A program made the position numbers and the translations under genes. From positions 1-64,000 of the IMG/VR virus record IMGVR_UViG_3300017971_000019: a stretch of DNA of 64,000 bases. One strand, 5' to 3'. The notes beneath the pieces are model-generated. The model saw only the letters and a list, made by a program, of their open reading frames with translations. It made no database searches and was not told the DNA's origin. Origin of the DNA: a virus. Its lineage: Duplodnaviria; Heunggongvirae; Uroviricota; Caudoviricetes. Positions 1-7,693 of this stretch are shown here, one piece after another; the first letter of the stretch is position 1; the number at the start of each line of letters is the position of its first letter.

Positions 1-87
1 GCACGGGTCACCGAGGGTCACGCTCCCGGCGTCCACGTCCACGAGACCAACCTTCTCCCAGTCCGGCTCTCGGTCGTAGTAGCTCAT
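1..87 (-). CDS. hypothetical protein, N-terminal 29 codons only (gene continues left of window)
   Basis: Minus-strand ATG at 85-87 preceded by AGGAGG (reverse complement of 90-100). Reading frame stays open to position 1. Confidence 0.4.
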   Translation of the reverse strand, partial: MSYYDREPDWEKVGLVDVDAGSVTLGDPC

Positions 88-96
88 GTCTGCCTC

Positions 97-498
97 CTAG
101 TGTCCGAAGCCCATGACGACCACTCTGTCGAAGCTGTCGCCGTGCGTCTGGATTGCGTTGAGCATGGCTATGGCTGCGTCGTATGCCCAGTAGCCTCGGC
201 CCAACCCCTCCTGGTCGATGAGGACACGCTGGTCCTGGGCGAGAGCCCAGACAACCTTGTGCGGCTCCATGACGCTCAGGGCGTCACCGTACCGATCCTC
301 AAGAACCTGGGTGTCACCGTCGTCGGCGTAGAAGTAGACGCCAGCCTTCGCTGGCTTGCTGTCGCCGTGAAGCTCGTAGAACGCGCCAGGGAACAGCTTG
401 CCAAGCTCGACAGAGCCCAGCACTCGACCCCATTGCTTGCCGTCACGGTCCTTGTGTCGGCTCACGTCAACGATCTTCAACGTCACTTCGTATCCCAT
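97..498 (-). CDS. hypothetical protein (133 aa)
   Basis: ORF track. AGGAGG ribosome-binding site 6 nt upstream of the start at 498. It tiles with neighbouring minus-strand genes. Confidence 0.6.
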   Translation of the reverse strand: MGYEVTLKIVDVSRHKDRDGKQWGRVLGSVELGKLFPGAFYELHGDSKPAKAGVYFYADDGDTQVLEDRYGDALSVMEPHKVVWALAQDQRVLIDQEGLGRGYWAYDAAIAMLNAIQTHGDSFDRVVVMGFGH

Positions 499-507
499 CG
501 ATGCCTC

Positions 508-729
508 CTATCGGCTCAGGGTCAGGTTCTTGAACGGAGTGGCCTCAAAGTGATCGATGCCGTACTCATCGACGTACTCCTCGAAAGGGGGGAGGGAGGG
601 GAACTGCTTCCGGTGATCCCGGTATGCCATCTTCACCACTTGCGTGGCCTCCAGGTCACCGAGTCCAAACCCCATGAAGGTGTAGTTCTCGCCTCGCATG
701 ATGGCGAGCTTGAGCTTCATCTTAGGCAT
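508..729 (-). CDS. hypothetical small protein (about 73 aa; start trimmed from the ORF-track 508..771)
   Basis: Internal ATG at 727-729 is preceded by GAGGAGGAGG. The start overlaps the stop of the upstream gene. Confidence 0.5.
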   Translation of the reverse strand: MPKMKLKLAIMRGENYTFMGFGLGDLEATQVVKMAYRDHRKQFPSLPPFEEYVDEYGIDHFEATPFKNLTLSR

Positions 730-929
730 CACTCCTCCTCCTCGATGATCTGGTCGATCTCCTCCATGCACTCCAGCACACTGCCGCAGGAGCCATGTCG
801 GTTGTCACACTCGGGGCAACAGAAGTCCGAGTGAACGTAGTGGTAGTCGCTCGTCCGCACCGGGATGGGCGGCGGATCGAACGTGATGATGTAGCCTCGG
901 TAGCTCACCGGGAATGCCTGTGGGGTCAT
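729..929 (-). CDS. hypothetical Cys-containing small protein (66 aa; CCPECDNRHGSCGS)
   Basis: ORF track. GAGGTG ribosome-binding site. Start and stop codons overlap those of the flanking genes. Confidence 0.5.
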   Translation of the reverse strand: MTPQAFPVSYRGYIITFDPPPIPVRTSDYHYVHSDFCCPECDNRHGSCGSVLECMEEIDQIIEEEE

Positions 930-1096
930 ACGATCACCTCGTGAAAGCCGATCTCTGCCAGAAGAGTGGGGACGTTGAGGATGCTCTTGATCCGCCTGGC
1001 CTCCTCACGCGCCTCTTTGTACTCCGCACGTAGCTGGGTATGGATCTCCCAGTCCTCGTCGCCGGAAACCAGGATCCAGTAGGTTGCCTCAGTCAC
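926..1096 (-). CDS. hypothetical small protein (56 aa, GTG start)
   Basis: GTG start preceded by AGGAGGGG. The stop overlaps the ATG of the downstream gene (ATGA). Not in the ORF track because it is under 60 aa. Confidence 0.35.
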   Translation of the reverse strand: MTEATYWILVSGDEDWEIHTQLRAEYKEAREEARRIKSILNVPTLLAEIGFHEVIV

Positions 1097-1105
1097 GGTC
1101 CCCTC

Positions 1106-1396
1106 CTATCTGTGGATTGAGTACTCGGGCAGGCGCAGGATGCGCTCGATCTCCAGCGTGGCCTGCACGCACGGCTCGGTGTCGAGGGCTCCCCACCGGG
1201 CCAGCCCCTCCTTCGCCACGAGGATGACCCACTTGTGGTACGCCTCCTGGCCTGCCTTCACGTCACCGGCACGCACGTTGTGCAGGGCCTTGCGAAGGAG
1301 CTTGGTGCAGGCTCGCGCAGCCGCACCGACACCCTTCATGTCGGAGTACAACTGCCAGTCATGGATCGTGATCACTCCGACTGCCTCTCTCCTCAT
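1106..1396 (-). CDS. hypothetical protein (96 aa)
   Basis: ORF track. GAGGAGGG ribosome-binding site upstream of the ATG at 1394-1396. Confidence 0.55.
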   Translation of the reverse strand: MRREAVGVITIHDWQLYSDMKGVGAAARACTKLLRKALHNVRAGDVKAGQEAYHKWVILVAKEGLARWGALDTEPCVQATLEIERILRLPEYSIHR

Positions 1397-1644
1397 CAGT
1401 CCCTCCTCGGAAGAGTCTCCTCGTCGCTCAGGAGCGTGTACCCCGTGAGCAGGTACTCATCCTTCCAGCGTGCGCCGCACGAGTCGCAACGGATCTCCTG
1501 CGAGGCCCCGCCGTCGAAAACCAGGGGCTGGCCGTCCTCGTGAATGTCGCTGGTGTCACCGCAGACGGGGCAGACCAGCCCTAGCTGGTTGACGTAGTCC
1601 ATGTCGATCATGGGCTCGCCGTCCGGTCCCACTCGCTCTCTCAT
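1396..1644 (-). CDS. zinc-ribbon protein (82 aa; CPVCG...CDSCG)
   Basis: ORF track. GGGAGGGAG ribosome-binding site. Two CxxC pairs. Confidence 0.55.
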   Translation of the reverse strand: MRERVGPDGEPMIDMDYVNQLGLVCPVCGDTSDIHEDGQPLVFDGGASQEIRCDSCGARWKDEYLLTGYTLLSDEETLPRRD

Positions 1645-1658
1645 AGCTCCCTCCCTTG

Positions 1659-1841
1659 TTAGTCGCCCAGTACTGTCGGGCCCACAAACTCCTCGTACAC
1701 GTTGAGGGCGTCACGGGCCTGAAGGAACGCCTTCATGTCGTTCGCCACCAGGTAGCCGTGAATCTCCTTGTCGAGGAGAAGGACACGCAGTGCGTTCGCC
1801 ATCAGACGGCCAGCCATCCTTTCCTTCTGCTCCTGATTCAT
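1659..1841 (-). CDS. hypothetical small protein (60 aa)
   Basis: ORF track. AAGGAGG ribosome-binding site upstream. Confidence 0.5.
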   Translation of the reverse strand: MNQEQKERMAGRLMANALRVLLLDKEIHGYLVANDMKAFLQARDALNVYEEFVGPTVLGD

Positions 1842-1936
1842 TAGGACGCCTCCTTGCGCTCCTGTCGGAGCAGGAAAAGGATCCGACCAAACAGCTTCAC
1901 GTTCTTGTCTGCCTTGGTCATGTCAACCTCTCAGGT

Positions 1937-1960
1937 TTGAGGGGGGATTACTCCCCCCTC
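1937..1960. other. perfect GC hairpin GAGGGGGG-attac-TCCCCCCTC overlapping the stop codon of the 1948..2178 gene
   Basis: Inverted repeat with an 8-9 bp stem, read directly from the sequence. There is no T-tract after it on the minus strand. Confidence 0.4.
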
Positions 1961-2178
1961 TTGCGGCGAAGCCACTCCGAGAACACCTCCCCGAAGGTCA
2001 CCCTCTCGGGCCGATACTCGGTGCAGCCACGCCAACGGAGGGCGGTGCTAGACGACCGCTTGCCCTCCAGCTTGAACTCGTTGTAGTACGCCTCGTCCGG
2101 GCGGTGATAAGCCTCGAAGAGACCGCACTCGCAGCGTTCAAGCTCATGCTCTGGTCCGTACACCGGGTAGCTCGGCAT
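1948..2178 (-). CDS. hypothetical protein (76 aa; start trimmed from the ORF-track 1948..2343)
   Basis: Internal ATG at 2176-2178 is preceded by AAAGGAGGAG. The ORF-track N-terminal extension is Arg/Ser-rich and overlaps the next gene. Confidence 0.5.
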   Translation of the reverse strand: MPSYPVYGPEHELERCECGLFEAYHRPDEAYYNEFKLEGKRSSSTALRWRGCTEYRPERVTFGEVFSEWLRRKRGE

Positions 2179-2188
2179 CACTCCTCCT

Positions 2189-2503
2189 TTACGAACTGGC
2201 GAGGCCGAAGATGAGCCAGCCCTCGCTCCCGTCCTCGTTCTGGTACTTGAATGCCTCGGCGTCATCCCACTTGGAGTTGACCTCATCAGTGCCCATGCGG
2301 CGCTCTGCCTCCTGGACGGCCTCCTGCCGAGTGGGAAGCTCACCGTTCACGGTGAAGTGACGGCGCTGCACGCCGGTCTTCTCACCGATTGTCCCGGTGT
2401 ACCCGCCGTGCCCGTACTCCCAGCGGGCGTCCTCGACCGCGAGGGCGAACCCCCTGGTCAGCTTGGTCTCGTTGCTGTCAACGTAGAACTCCTGCGCTCC
2501 CAT
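2189..2503 (-). CDS. hypothetical protein (104 aa)
   Basis: ORF track. GAGGGGG ribosome-binding site. Amino-acid composition is protein-like. Confidence 0.55.
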   Translation of the reverse strand: MGAQEFYVDSNETKLTRGFALAVEDARWEYGHGGYTGTIGEKTGVQRRHFTVNGELPTRQEAVQEAERRMGTDEVNSKWDDAEAFKYQNEDGSEGWLIFGLASS

Positions 2504-2516
2504 CTCTACCCCCTCT

Positions 2517-2783
2517 CTACACGCACGCGGCGTGCTTAGCCTCGGCCATGACCTGATCCATGCAGTCGCTCAGGTACTCGTCTCCAAGGGAATCGCAGAT
2601 GATCCCCGACAGCGCCCCCTCCCCGACAGCGCCTGTGATGAGGTTCACCACTCGTGCGCGGACGTAGGCGACTGCGAAGACACCATCCTCAACCTGGCGG
2701 CGGTTGGGGTGATCCTCTGCCAGAGGCATATCGTCGTAGTCGCACTCGGTCTCGACGTAGTAGCGTTCGCGGTTCTGGCTCAT
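2517..2783 (-). CDS. hypothetical protein (88 aa; start trimmed from 2867)
   Basis: ATG at 2781-2783 is preceded by GAGAGAGGTG. The stop overlaps the next gene's start. Confidence 0.5.
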   Translation of the reverse strand: MSQNRERYYVETECDYDDMPLAEDHPNRRQVEDGVFAVAYVRARVVNLITGAVGEGALSGIICDSLGDEYLSDCMDQVMAEAKHAACV

Positions 2784-3001
2784 GCAACACCTCTCTCTCT
2801 CATCTCTTCGAAGGCACGCGCCTCGGCCCGCTCGTACATCCGCAGGATCTTGGCGCCCGTGGGGCACGCCTCGCTCCTGAAACCAGGGTTGCCCTCGGCG
2901 TCAATGATGGGGACGTAGCAGTCACCGCACGTCGCGGCGTGACGCTGCGCGACTTGGGCGAGGAGCACGTACGCTCGCTCGTACCGGCTCACCTTGCTCA
3001 T
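2780..3001 (-). CDS. hypothetical Cys-containing protein (73 aa)
   Basis: AAGGAGG lies 7 nt upstream of the ATG at 2999-3001. Contains CGDC...C. Confidence 0.5.
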   Translation of the reverse strand: MSKVSRYERAYVLLAQVAQRHAATCGDCYVPIIDAEGNPGFRSEACPTGAKILRMYERAEARAFEEMRERGVA

Positions 3002-3354
3002 ACCCACGCCTCCTTGTTCGCCTCGTTCCAGAGGATCTCAGCCTCGTTCTCGACGTTCTCGATTGCCTCGTCCAGCCACTTGGCGAGGTCCCCCTCGTCC
3101 ATGCGGAGGTAGCTGGCCCAGTCGAGGATCTGGGTCTCGGTGACCTCGTCGCTGCCCTCCACGATGCTCCCGAGGTGCAGGCCCACCTCGTCCACGTTGA
3201 GCCACGCGCCGCACGCTGTCGCCTTGTACAGGCGGCGGGAGAGACGACTCACGTCCGCGCCCTCCACTCCGAAGTACTCGTTCAACTCCTCCATGAGGGC
3301 GGACCCGGCATTGGCCTGCTCCTCTGCCGCCTGGTAGCTCACTTCGTTCTGCAT
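2998..3354 (-). CDS. hypothetical acidic protein (118 aa)
   Basis: ORF track. Weak GGGAGC ribosome-binding site. Tiles with neighbouring genes. Confidence 0.55.
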   Translation of the reverse strand: MQNEVSYQAAEEQANAGSALMEELNEYFGVEGADVSRLSRRLYKATACGAWLNVDEVGLHLGSIVEGSDEVTETQILDWASYLRMDEGDLAKWLDEAIENVENEAEILWNEANKEAWV

Positions 3355-3359
3355 AGGTT

Positions 3360-3758
3360 CTAGCTCCCGGTAAGAGGCTCGGAGAGGAGCCTGTCAACGT
3401 GATCGGTCACCTCATTGCAGAGGGACACTCGCTCGCTGGCATCTGGGATCACCTCCCAGAGGTATGCGTTCGCGTCAACGTGATCGTGAAGCTCGGAGAA
3501 GGACTCGATCTCGTAGGGGATCCACTCGTTCGCCTGATCCTCGCGGATCACGTCCAGGATGGCGAGAGCGTACTGGTACGCGGGGGAGTCGTACTCCAGA
3601 TCGTGATCACGCTTCGCCCTCTGGACTGCCACGTCATGCAGCGCCTGCGAGGAGAACTTGAACACCTGGTGGTGCCTGTCGAAGCTCACGTTGAAGGCGT
3701 AGCAGATGCCATCTGCGTCAACTGCCTCGATCCGGCTCCCGTCCTTGCTGACTCGCAT
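3360..3758 (-). CDS. hypothetical protein (132 aa; start trimmed from 3971)
   Basis: ATG at 3756-3758 is preceded by GGGAGGAGG. The longer ORF-track N-terminus is Arg/Pro-rich and looks like a wrong-frame artifact. Confidence 0.5.
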   Translation of the reverse strand: MRVSKDGSRIEAVDADGICYAFNVSFDRHHQVFKFSSQALHDVAVQRAKRDHDLEYDSPAYQYALAILDVIREDQANEWIPYEIESFSELHDHVDANAYLWEVIPDASERVSLCNEVTDHVDRLLSEPLTGS

Positions 3759-3994
3759 TATCGGCCTCCTCCCTGCTGTCCGCCGCTCACGCGCCCTGCC
3801 TTGTACTTCAGGACGCCGGTCTCCTTGGGGAAGGTGACCCGCGTGTCGGGCGTATGACGGTACTCCTCGCTCACCTTGCGCCCCATATCCAGATGGCAGG
3901 CGGCGCAGAGGATGACGTAGTAGCCCTCCCGGTACTCTGCGTCGGGGGTGACTGACCGGCAGAAGCGGCACGTCTTGAATGGTGTCCGGGGCAT
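3758..3994 (-). CDS. zinc-finger small protein (78 aa; CRFC...CAAC)
   Basis: ATG at 3992-3994 is preceded by GAGAGGAGG. Two CxxC pairs. Confidence 0.5.
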   Translation of the reverse strand: MPRTPFKTCRFCRSVTPDAEYREGYYVILCAACHLDMGRKVSEEYRHTPDTRVTFPKETGVLKYKAGRVSGGQQGGGR

Positions 3995-4028
3995 GGTTGC
4001 CTCCTCTCTTCGAATCAATGGCTCCCTG

Positions 4029-4226
4029 CTAGACGCAGGGCTCGGCCAGATGCTCCAGAAGCTTCTGGTCCTCGGCCTCGACCATCACCTTGTAGAAGCC
4101 TGCTCCGTAGCGGTGACCGTTCTCGGTGATGAGCCAGCCGAAGTGCTTCACCAGGCGGGCGGAGATCACGTCTCCGTTGGGGCAGTAGACCCCGTGACCG
4201 GCGACTGTGTAGACGTAGTGGCTCAT
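4029..4226 (-). CDS. hypothetical small protein (65 aa)
   Basis: ATG at 4224-4226 is preceded by GAGGGAGGGAG. Confidence 0.45.
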   Translation of the reverse strand: MSHYVYTVAGHGVYCPNGDVISARLVKHFGWLITENGHRYGAGFYKVMVEAEDQKLLEHLAEPCV

Positions 4227-4240
4227 GGCTCCCTCCCTCT

Positions 4241-4681
4241 CTACAGGTGCGACAGTGTCTCGGCGTCCTCGATCCACTCGGCGTTCTCCTCGCGGGGCAT
4301 GAGCCCCTTGCGGACCCGGTAGCAGGGATCACAGACGTTGGTCTTGTACCCGAGGTAGTGGGTCTCGTGGACCTCCTCCCCGCAGTCCGAGCAGGTCAGT
4401 TCCTTCGGCCAAACCGGCTCGGGATCCACGTCAACGCAGCCCCGGCAGAGATCCTCACCAGGGGTCATCACGTCGAGGCATCCGCAGATGCGGCACTCGT
4501 CCTCACGGTAGTACGGGGCGTTCGCCGCCTCGCACTCGCAGTTGATCTCGGGCTCGCACCCGATAGCGTGATCGATCTGGTCCTGCTCGCAGTCCGCGCA
4601 GTCCCCGCAGGGTGCGTCGGCGGAGCAGTTGGCGAGAACGTCCTTCAGCCCGTCATTCCACTCGGTCATATCGGCCTCCAT
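4241..4681 (-). CDS. cysteine-rich protein (about 143-146 aa; more than 20 Cys in CxxC, CxC and CxxxC arrangements)
   Basis: ORF track. An alternative ATG at 4667-4669 has a GGAGG ribosome-binding site. This is the last gene of the leftward block. Confidence 0.55.
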   Translation of the reverse strand: MEADMTEWNDGLKDVLANCSADAPCGDCADCEQDQIDHAIGCEPEINCECEAANAPYYREDECRICGCLDVMTPGEDLCRGCVDVDPEPVWPKELTCSDCGEEVHETHYLGYKTNVCDPCYRVRKGLMPREENAEWIEDAETLSHL

Positions 4682-4912
4682 TGTTCTGCCCCCACTCGAC
4701 TCCGAGTCACCTCTTCTAGGTCTTGGAGGCGGGTCTGTACGCGCCGCCTCGGGAGCAGGACAATGAAGGCGAGGAGCCCACCAGGCGTACGGCCCGTGAC
4801 ACTCGTGGACTCCTCAGCCCTTCCTTTTGTGCGAGTACCCTCCGAAGACATGATCGGCCTCGATCTAGTAGACGTGCGACTCGGGCTCTACCTCTTGTGA
4901 GCCCTTGGATCC

Positions 4913-4942
4913 GGTCAGGTCGTTAGAAGCACCTTGGCCCCC
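4913..4942. repeat. direct repeat copy 1 (GGTCGTTAGAAGCACCTTGGCCCCC core)
   Basis: One of three similar copies spaced about 56 and 70 bp apart in a region with no coding signal. Confidence 0.6.
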
Positions 4943-4968
4943 TTCCCGGATCGTCCGCCGCTTGCACC

Positions 4969-4998
4969 GTAGAGGTCGTTAGAAGCTCTCTGGCCCCC
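4969..4998. repeat. direct repeat copy 2 (GGTCGTTAGAAGCTCTCTGGCCCCC)
   Basis: 20 of 24 positions match copy 1. Confidence 0.6.
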
Positions 4999-5037
4999 TC
5001 TGACGGCTGCTAGCCCTCTCTCCCTCGTCCTCTTGTC

Positions 5038-5070
5038 TAGAGGCCGCTTAGATGCTCTCTGGCGGGCCCC
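5038..5070. repeat. direct repeat copy 3, degenerate (GCCGCTTAGATGCTCTCTGGCGGGCCCC)
   Basis: Shares TTAGAxGCTCTCTGGC and a terminal CCCC run with copies 1 and 2. Confidence 0.45.
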
Positions 5071-6078
5071 AGGGGGACGGTGGCGGGCCACCTGTAGCCT
5101 TCCTGATCGTCTGATTGATGCCGCCATGAGGAACCGTGTCCCGCCAGTGACCCGAAGGTCCAACCAGCCGGGGGGTCTCGGGAAGCGTTACATCTGAGAC
5201 TGTGGAAGTGGTAGCCCAGGAGAGAGGTATCAAGACCCGGCGTCTGTCCCTTGTCCCCTCAGCCTGCCGTTGGGCGTGCCCCCTTCCTCGCCGCTTCCCG
5301 GAACGCTCGAACAGCGTGCCGTACGCGGGTCTGAAGGGTCTGAGAGGGGCCGTATAGGACCGCCCCGAATCTCCGTACTCTCCTCGCTTACGTCCTCCCC
5401 TTGCGCCCGAGACCCTTGGTCCCTCGCCTTCCCTCTACTCTTAAGGTCTTGACGGGTTAGTCTCTCTACTCGGGATTCCTCCGGGGGGAGGGGGTGCCTC
5501 TCGCTGCTCGGCCTGCCACTAGCTCGGAGCCGCTAAGCTCTCAAGGCCCGTACCCTTCGACCAACGTCCGCTCCAGGTGTAAGGCCCGCTTTCATGTGGC
5601 TGACGCTCAGATTGCCGGGGCTTGGTGACCCCCTGTCTGCCGCCACCGTCTAACTTCGAGACGCAGTCTACCATGTGTTATGACAGGTGAGTCAAGAAAA
5701 ATCGTACGTGCCTTGAAAATAGCCGGCAAACCCCTCCCTGGCCTAGACTTAGAAGAACACCACCAGGAGGGCAAAACCAGAAAACCCAGACCCAAGGGTA
5801 GAATCACATCATGGCAGACCCAATCGCAGCCGCTCTCTGGGAGGCCCAAAAGGCAGTCGAGAGAGAGATCCACAGGCGGCGCGAGAGGCGCGTTCACGGG
5901 GGCCAGGAGCGGCGTAGAGAGGCGCTACGGGCTAGGTGGGCCCATCTGGTCTCCAGCGTCTCTCAGGACGCTCCAGCGAGCCGAGAGGAGCTTGAGGCGT
6001 CCTTTGAGTGGGGGCGCGGGCGGGTCGAGGACCAGGTGCTCTGAGGGTGTACAAAGAGGTATACCAGCTAACTTGAAA

Positions 6079-6095
6079 CTGAAGTTCAACTTCAG
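6079..6095. promoter_or_regulatory. perfect palindrome CTGAAGTT-c-AACTTCAG (putative operator) just upstream of TATATAAG and an SD-like sequence
   Basis: 8-bp inverted arms, read directly. It sits 30 nt upstream of the ATG at 6125. TATATA at 6105-6110 could serve as a -10 element. Confidence 0.5.
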
Positions 6096-6124
6096 GTTGG
6101 TAGGTATATAAGAAGGTGTATAAG

Positions 6125-6298
6125 ATGAATCAGGTCTACTGCCCGTACTGTGAGCGCATGAGGGCGCGTCTGAGGGTGCTCTACAACGAGCGCCACGAGC
6201 GGATGTGGGGGGCCCAGGTTGCGGCGTATGCCGCTGGCTTCCTGAGCGGGGCCGTGACCATCCTGGTACTGAAGTTCATGATCGACTTGGCCAGGTGA
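6125..6298 (+). CDS. small protein with CxxC and a C-terminal transmembrane helix (57 aa)
   Basis: AGAAGG ribosome-binding site 8 nt upstream. High GC at third codon positions in frame. First gene of the rightward array. Confidence 0.4.
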   Translation: MNQVYCPYCERMRARLRVLYNERHERMWGAQVAAYAAGFLSGAVTILVLKFMIDLAR

Positions 6299-6641
6299 AC
6301 ATGAAACCCGTTTTCATCTTGGTAAGTTGAACATGGGATTCAAGTTCAGGGGCCAGGAGGGGGCTGAGACCCCCCGGAGACCCCCGAAGCAGGGCCCAGG
6401 TGCTGTGACCCTGGTAACCCTAGTCATTGCAACAGGTTGGGGATGGTACAGCCTATAATATGAACTATGTAAAGTTGACAGAACAGTTCAGTTTGGGTAA
6501 GTACTGCCCCATCAACCACCTGGGGAGGGTAGGGGGTGGGGGGTATACAGGTCGAGGTCGGGGGGTGAGGTCTCCAGCGCGCCCCCTCACAATCAGGGAA
6601 TCCCCAGAAAATCCCCAAAAGAACAAACTATGAGGTATGTC

Positions 6642-6914
6642 ATGGCGTGTTTCCATACGAGAGAAGTCACCTGTCCTGAGTGTCGTGGATCTCGGGACCA
6701 GGTTGGGAATCCTGTTGGGGGTCTACCGTACTACATTCAGCCTTCTCAGCCTTGCGAGCACTGCATGTGTGGTCGTGAGACGGTGAACGGACGGGAGCAC
6801 GCTGTGTGCTGTATGTGTGGGCACAGGCGGGTCACGACGCAGATCACGTACACGACGACTGTCGGGACGGGGTATACTTCGCCGTCTACGACGTGGAGAG
6901 GCAACGATGGCTGA
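6642..6914 (+). CDS. Cys-rich zinc-finger-like protein (about 90 aa)
   Basis: ORF track 6630..6914. The ATG at 6642 follows GAGG. Multiple CxxC and CxC motifs. Confidence 0.4.
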   Translation: MACFHTREVTCPECRGSRDQVGNPVGGLPYYIQPSQPCEHCMCGRETVNGREHAVCCMCGHRRVTTQITYTTTVGTGYTSPSTTWRGNDG

Positions 6915-7326
6915 GGTTTCGAATACGGGCCTGAGAGCCGTTCTAACGGCTGCGGTGGGGTCCATGGTCTCGGGGAACGTGAAGAGGGGCCCTGTGAGCC
7001 TCCTGGACGCTCTGGAGGGGAATCTGAAGGGGTGGGGGGAGATGAATCTTCACGACATGGGGCCGGCGGTGAACAGCGACACTCACCAGTGGGTGATTCG
7101 GGCGGTGAGGAACGACGGGGTCTGCTACGCGGCACCGATATCCATTTCGGGTCTGGAGATGCAGACGCTATCGAGGAACGACCTGGTGAACGTGTTCAGG
7201 CTCAAGGTGGAGCAAGCGATGAGGGGTCTGGAGGAGCTACGTCGGTGCAACTGCCGGATGGATCCTGACCGGGGGCTTGTCCACTGCGACTCACACCCTC
7301 AACTGCTGACAGGTGTCAGTGAATGA
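6907..7326 (+). CDS. hypothetical protein (139 aa; start trimmed from 6817)
   Basis: The ATG at 6907 overlaps the upstream stop. The longer N-terminus is Arg-rich junk. Confidence 0.45.
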   Translation: MAEVSNTGLRAVLTAAVGSMVSGNVKRGPVSLLDALEGNLKGWGEMNLHDMGPAVNSDTHQWVIRAVRNDGVCYAAPISISGLEMQTLSRNDLVNVFRLKVEQAMRGLEELRRCNCRMDPDRGLVHCDSHPQLLTGVSE

Positions 7327-7544
7327 GCAAGAAGGCGAAGAGAGAGGCTCTGGCCCGCGATGTCGCCCACCTGGACGACGTTGAACTTGAGGGTTGCTGG
7401 GAAGCCGCTCTTCGAGGGGATCTGGAAGCTGTAGAGCTTCGCCTGAAGCGGGTTCGGGACTCCAGGCCTCTTCAGACTGAGATCTCCACAGGCTCTCCTT
7501 GGCGTCAAGGCTCCTCCTGGCTCTTCGGAAGGAAGAACCACTAG
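7323..7544 (+). CDS. hypothetical protein (73 aa)
   Basis: ATGA overlap with the upstream gene. ORF track. Confidence 0.4.
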   Translation: MSKKAKREALARDVAHLDDVELEGCWEAALRGDLEAVELRLKRVRDSRPLQTEISTGSPWRQGSSWLFGRKNH

Positions 7545-7642
7545 CGTGCTCTCCTCTCTCTCTAATCTAGTAGTACGTAGTATGTACTTCCCTCAAAGCA
7601 GAGCAAAGCATATCAAAGCAAAGGGTCATCCGTGTCTTCAGC

Positions 7643-7682
7643 GTCAACAGGGGGTGTTGACAGCCATGGGACAATGTTGACA
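7643..7682. promoter_or_regulatory. operator-like element: GTCAACA-ggggg-TGTTGAC inverted repeat plus a third TGTTGACA half-site, directly upstream of the SD and ATG at 7694
   Basis: Read directly. Two TTGACA hexamers at 7657-7662 and 7677-7682. Preceded by an AT-rich tract and CAAAGCA direct repeats at 7595-7620. Confidence 0.45.
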
Positions 7683-7693
7683 AAGGAGGACGT

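Noticed and set aside
100-834. 244-aa plus-strand ORF overlapping the minus-strand genes 97..498 and 508..729
   Set aside because: It is antisense to well-supported genes with ribosome-binding sites. Its composition (Val/Leu/Arg/His-rich) looks like an alternate-frame artifact and it has no ribosome-binding site. It is typical of spurious long ORFs in DNA of about 62% GC.
1843-1922. 26-codon minus-strand ORF (MTKADKNVKLFGRILFLLRQERKEAS) between 1659..1841 and the hairpin
   Set aside because: It is too short to support. Its stop overlaps the ribosome-binding site of the next gene. It may be a leader peptide but cannot be judged from sequence.
5811-6044. 77-aa plus-strand ORF (MADPIAAALWEAQKAVEREIHRRRERR...) in the control region
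   Set aside because: It has only a weak ribosome-binding site (AAGGGTAG), an Arg-rich composition and lower GC at third codon positions in its first third. It could be a small DNA-binding protein but the evidence is insufficient, so I left it uncalled.
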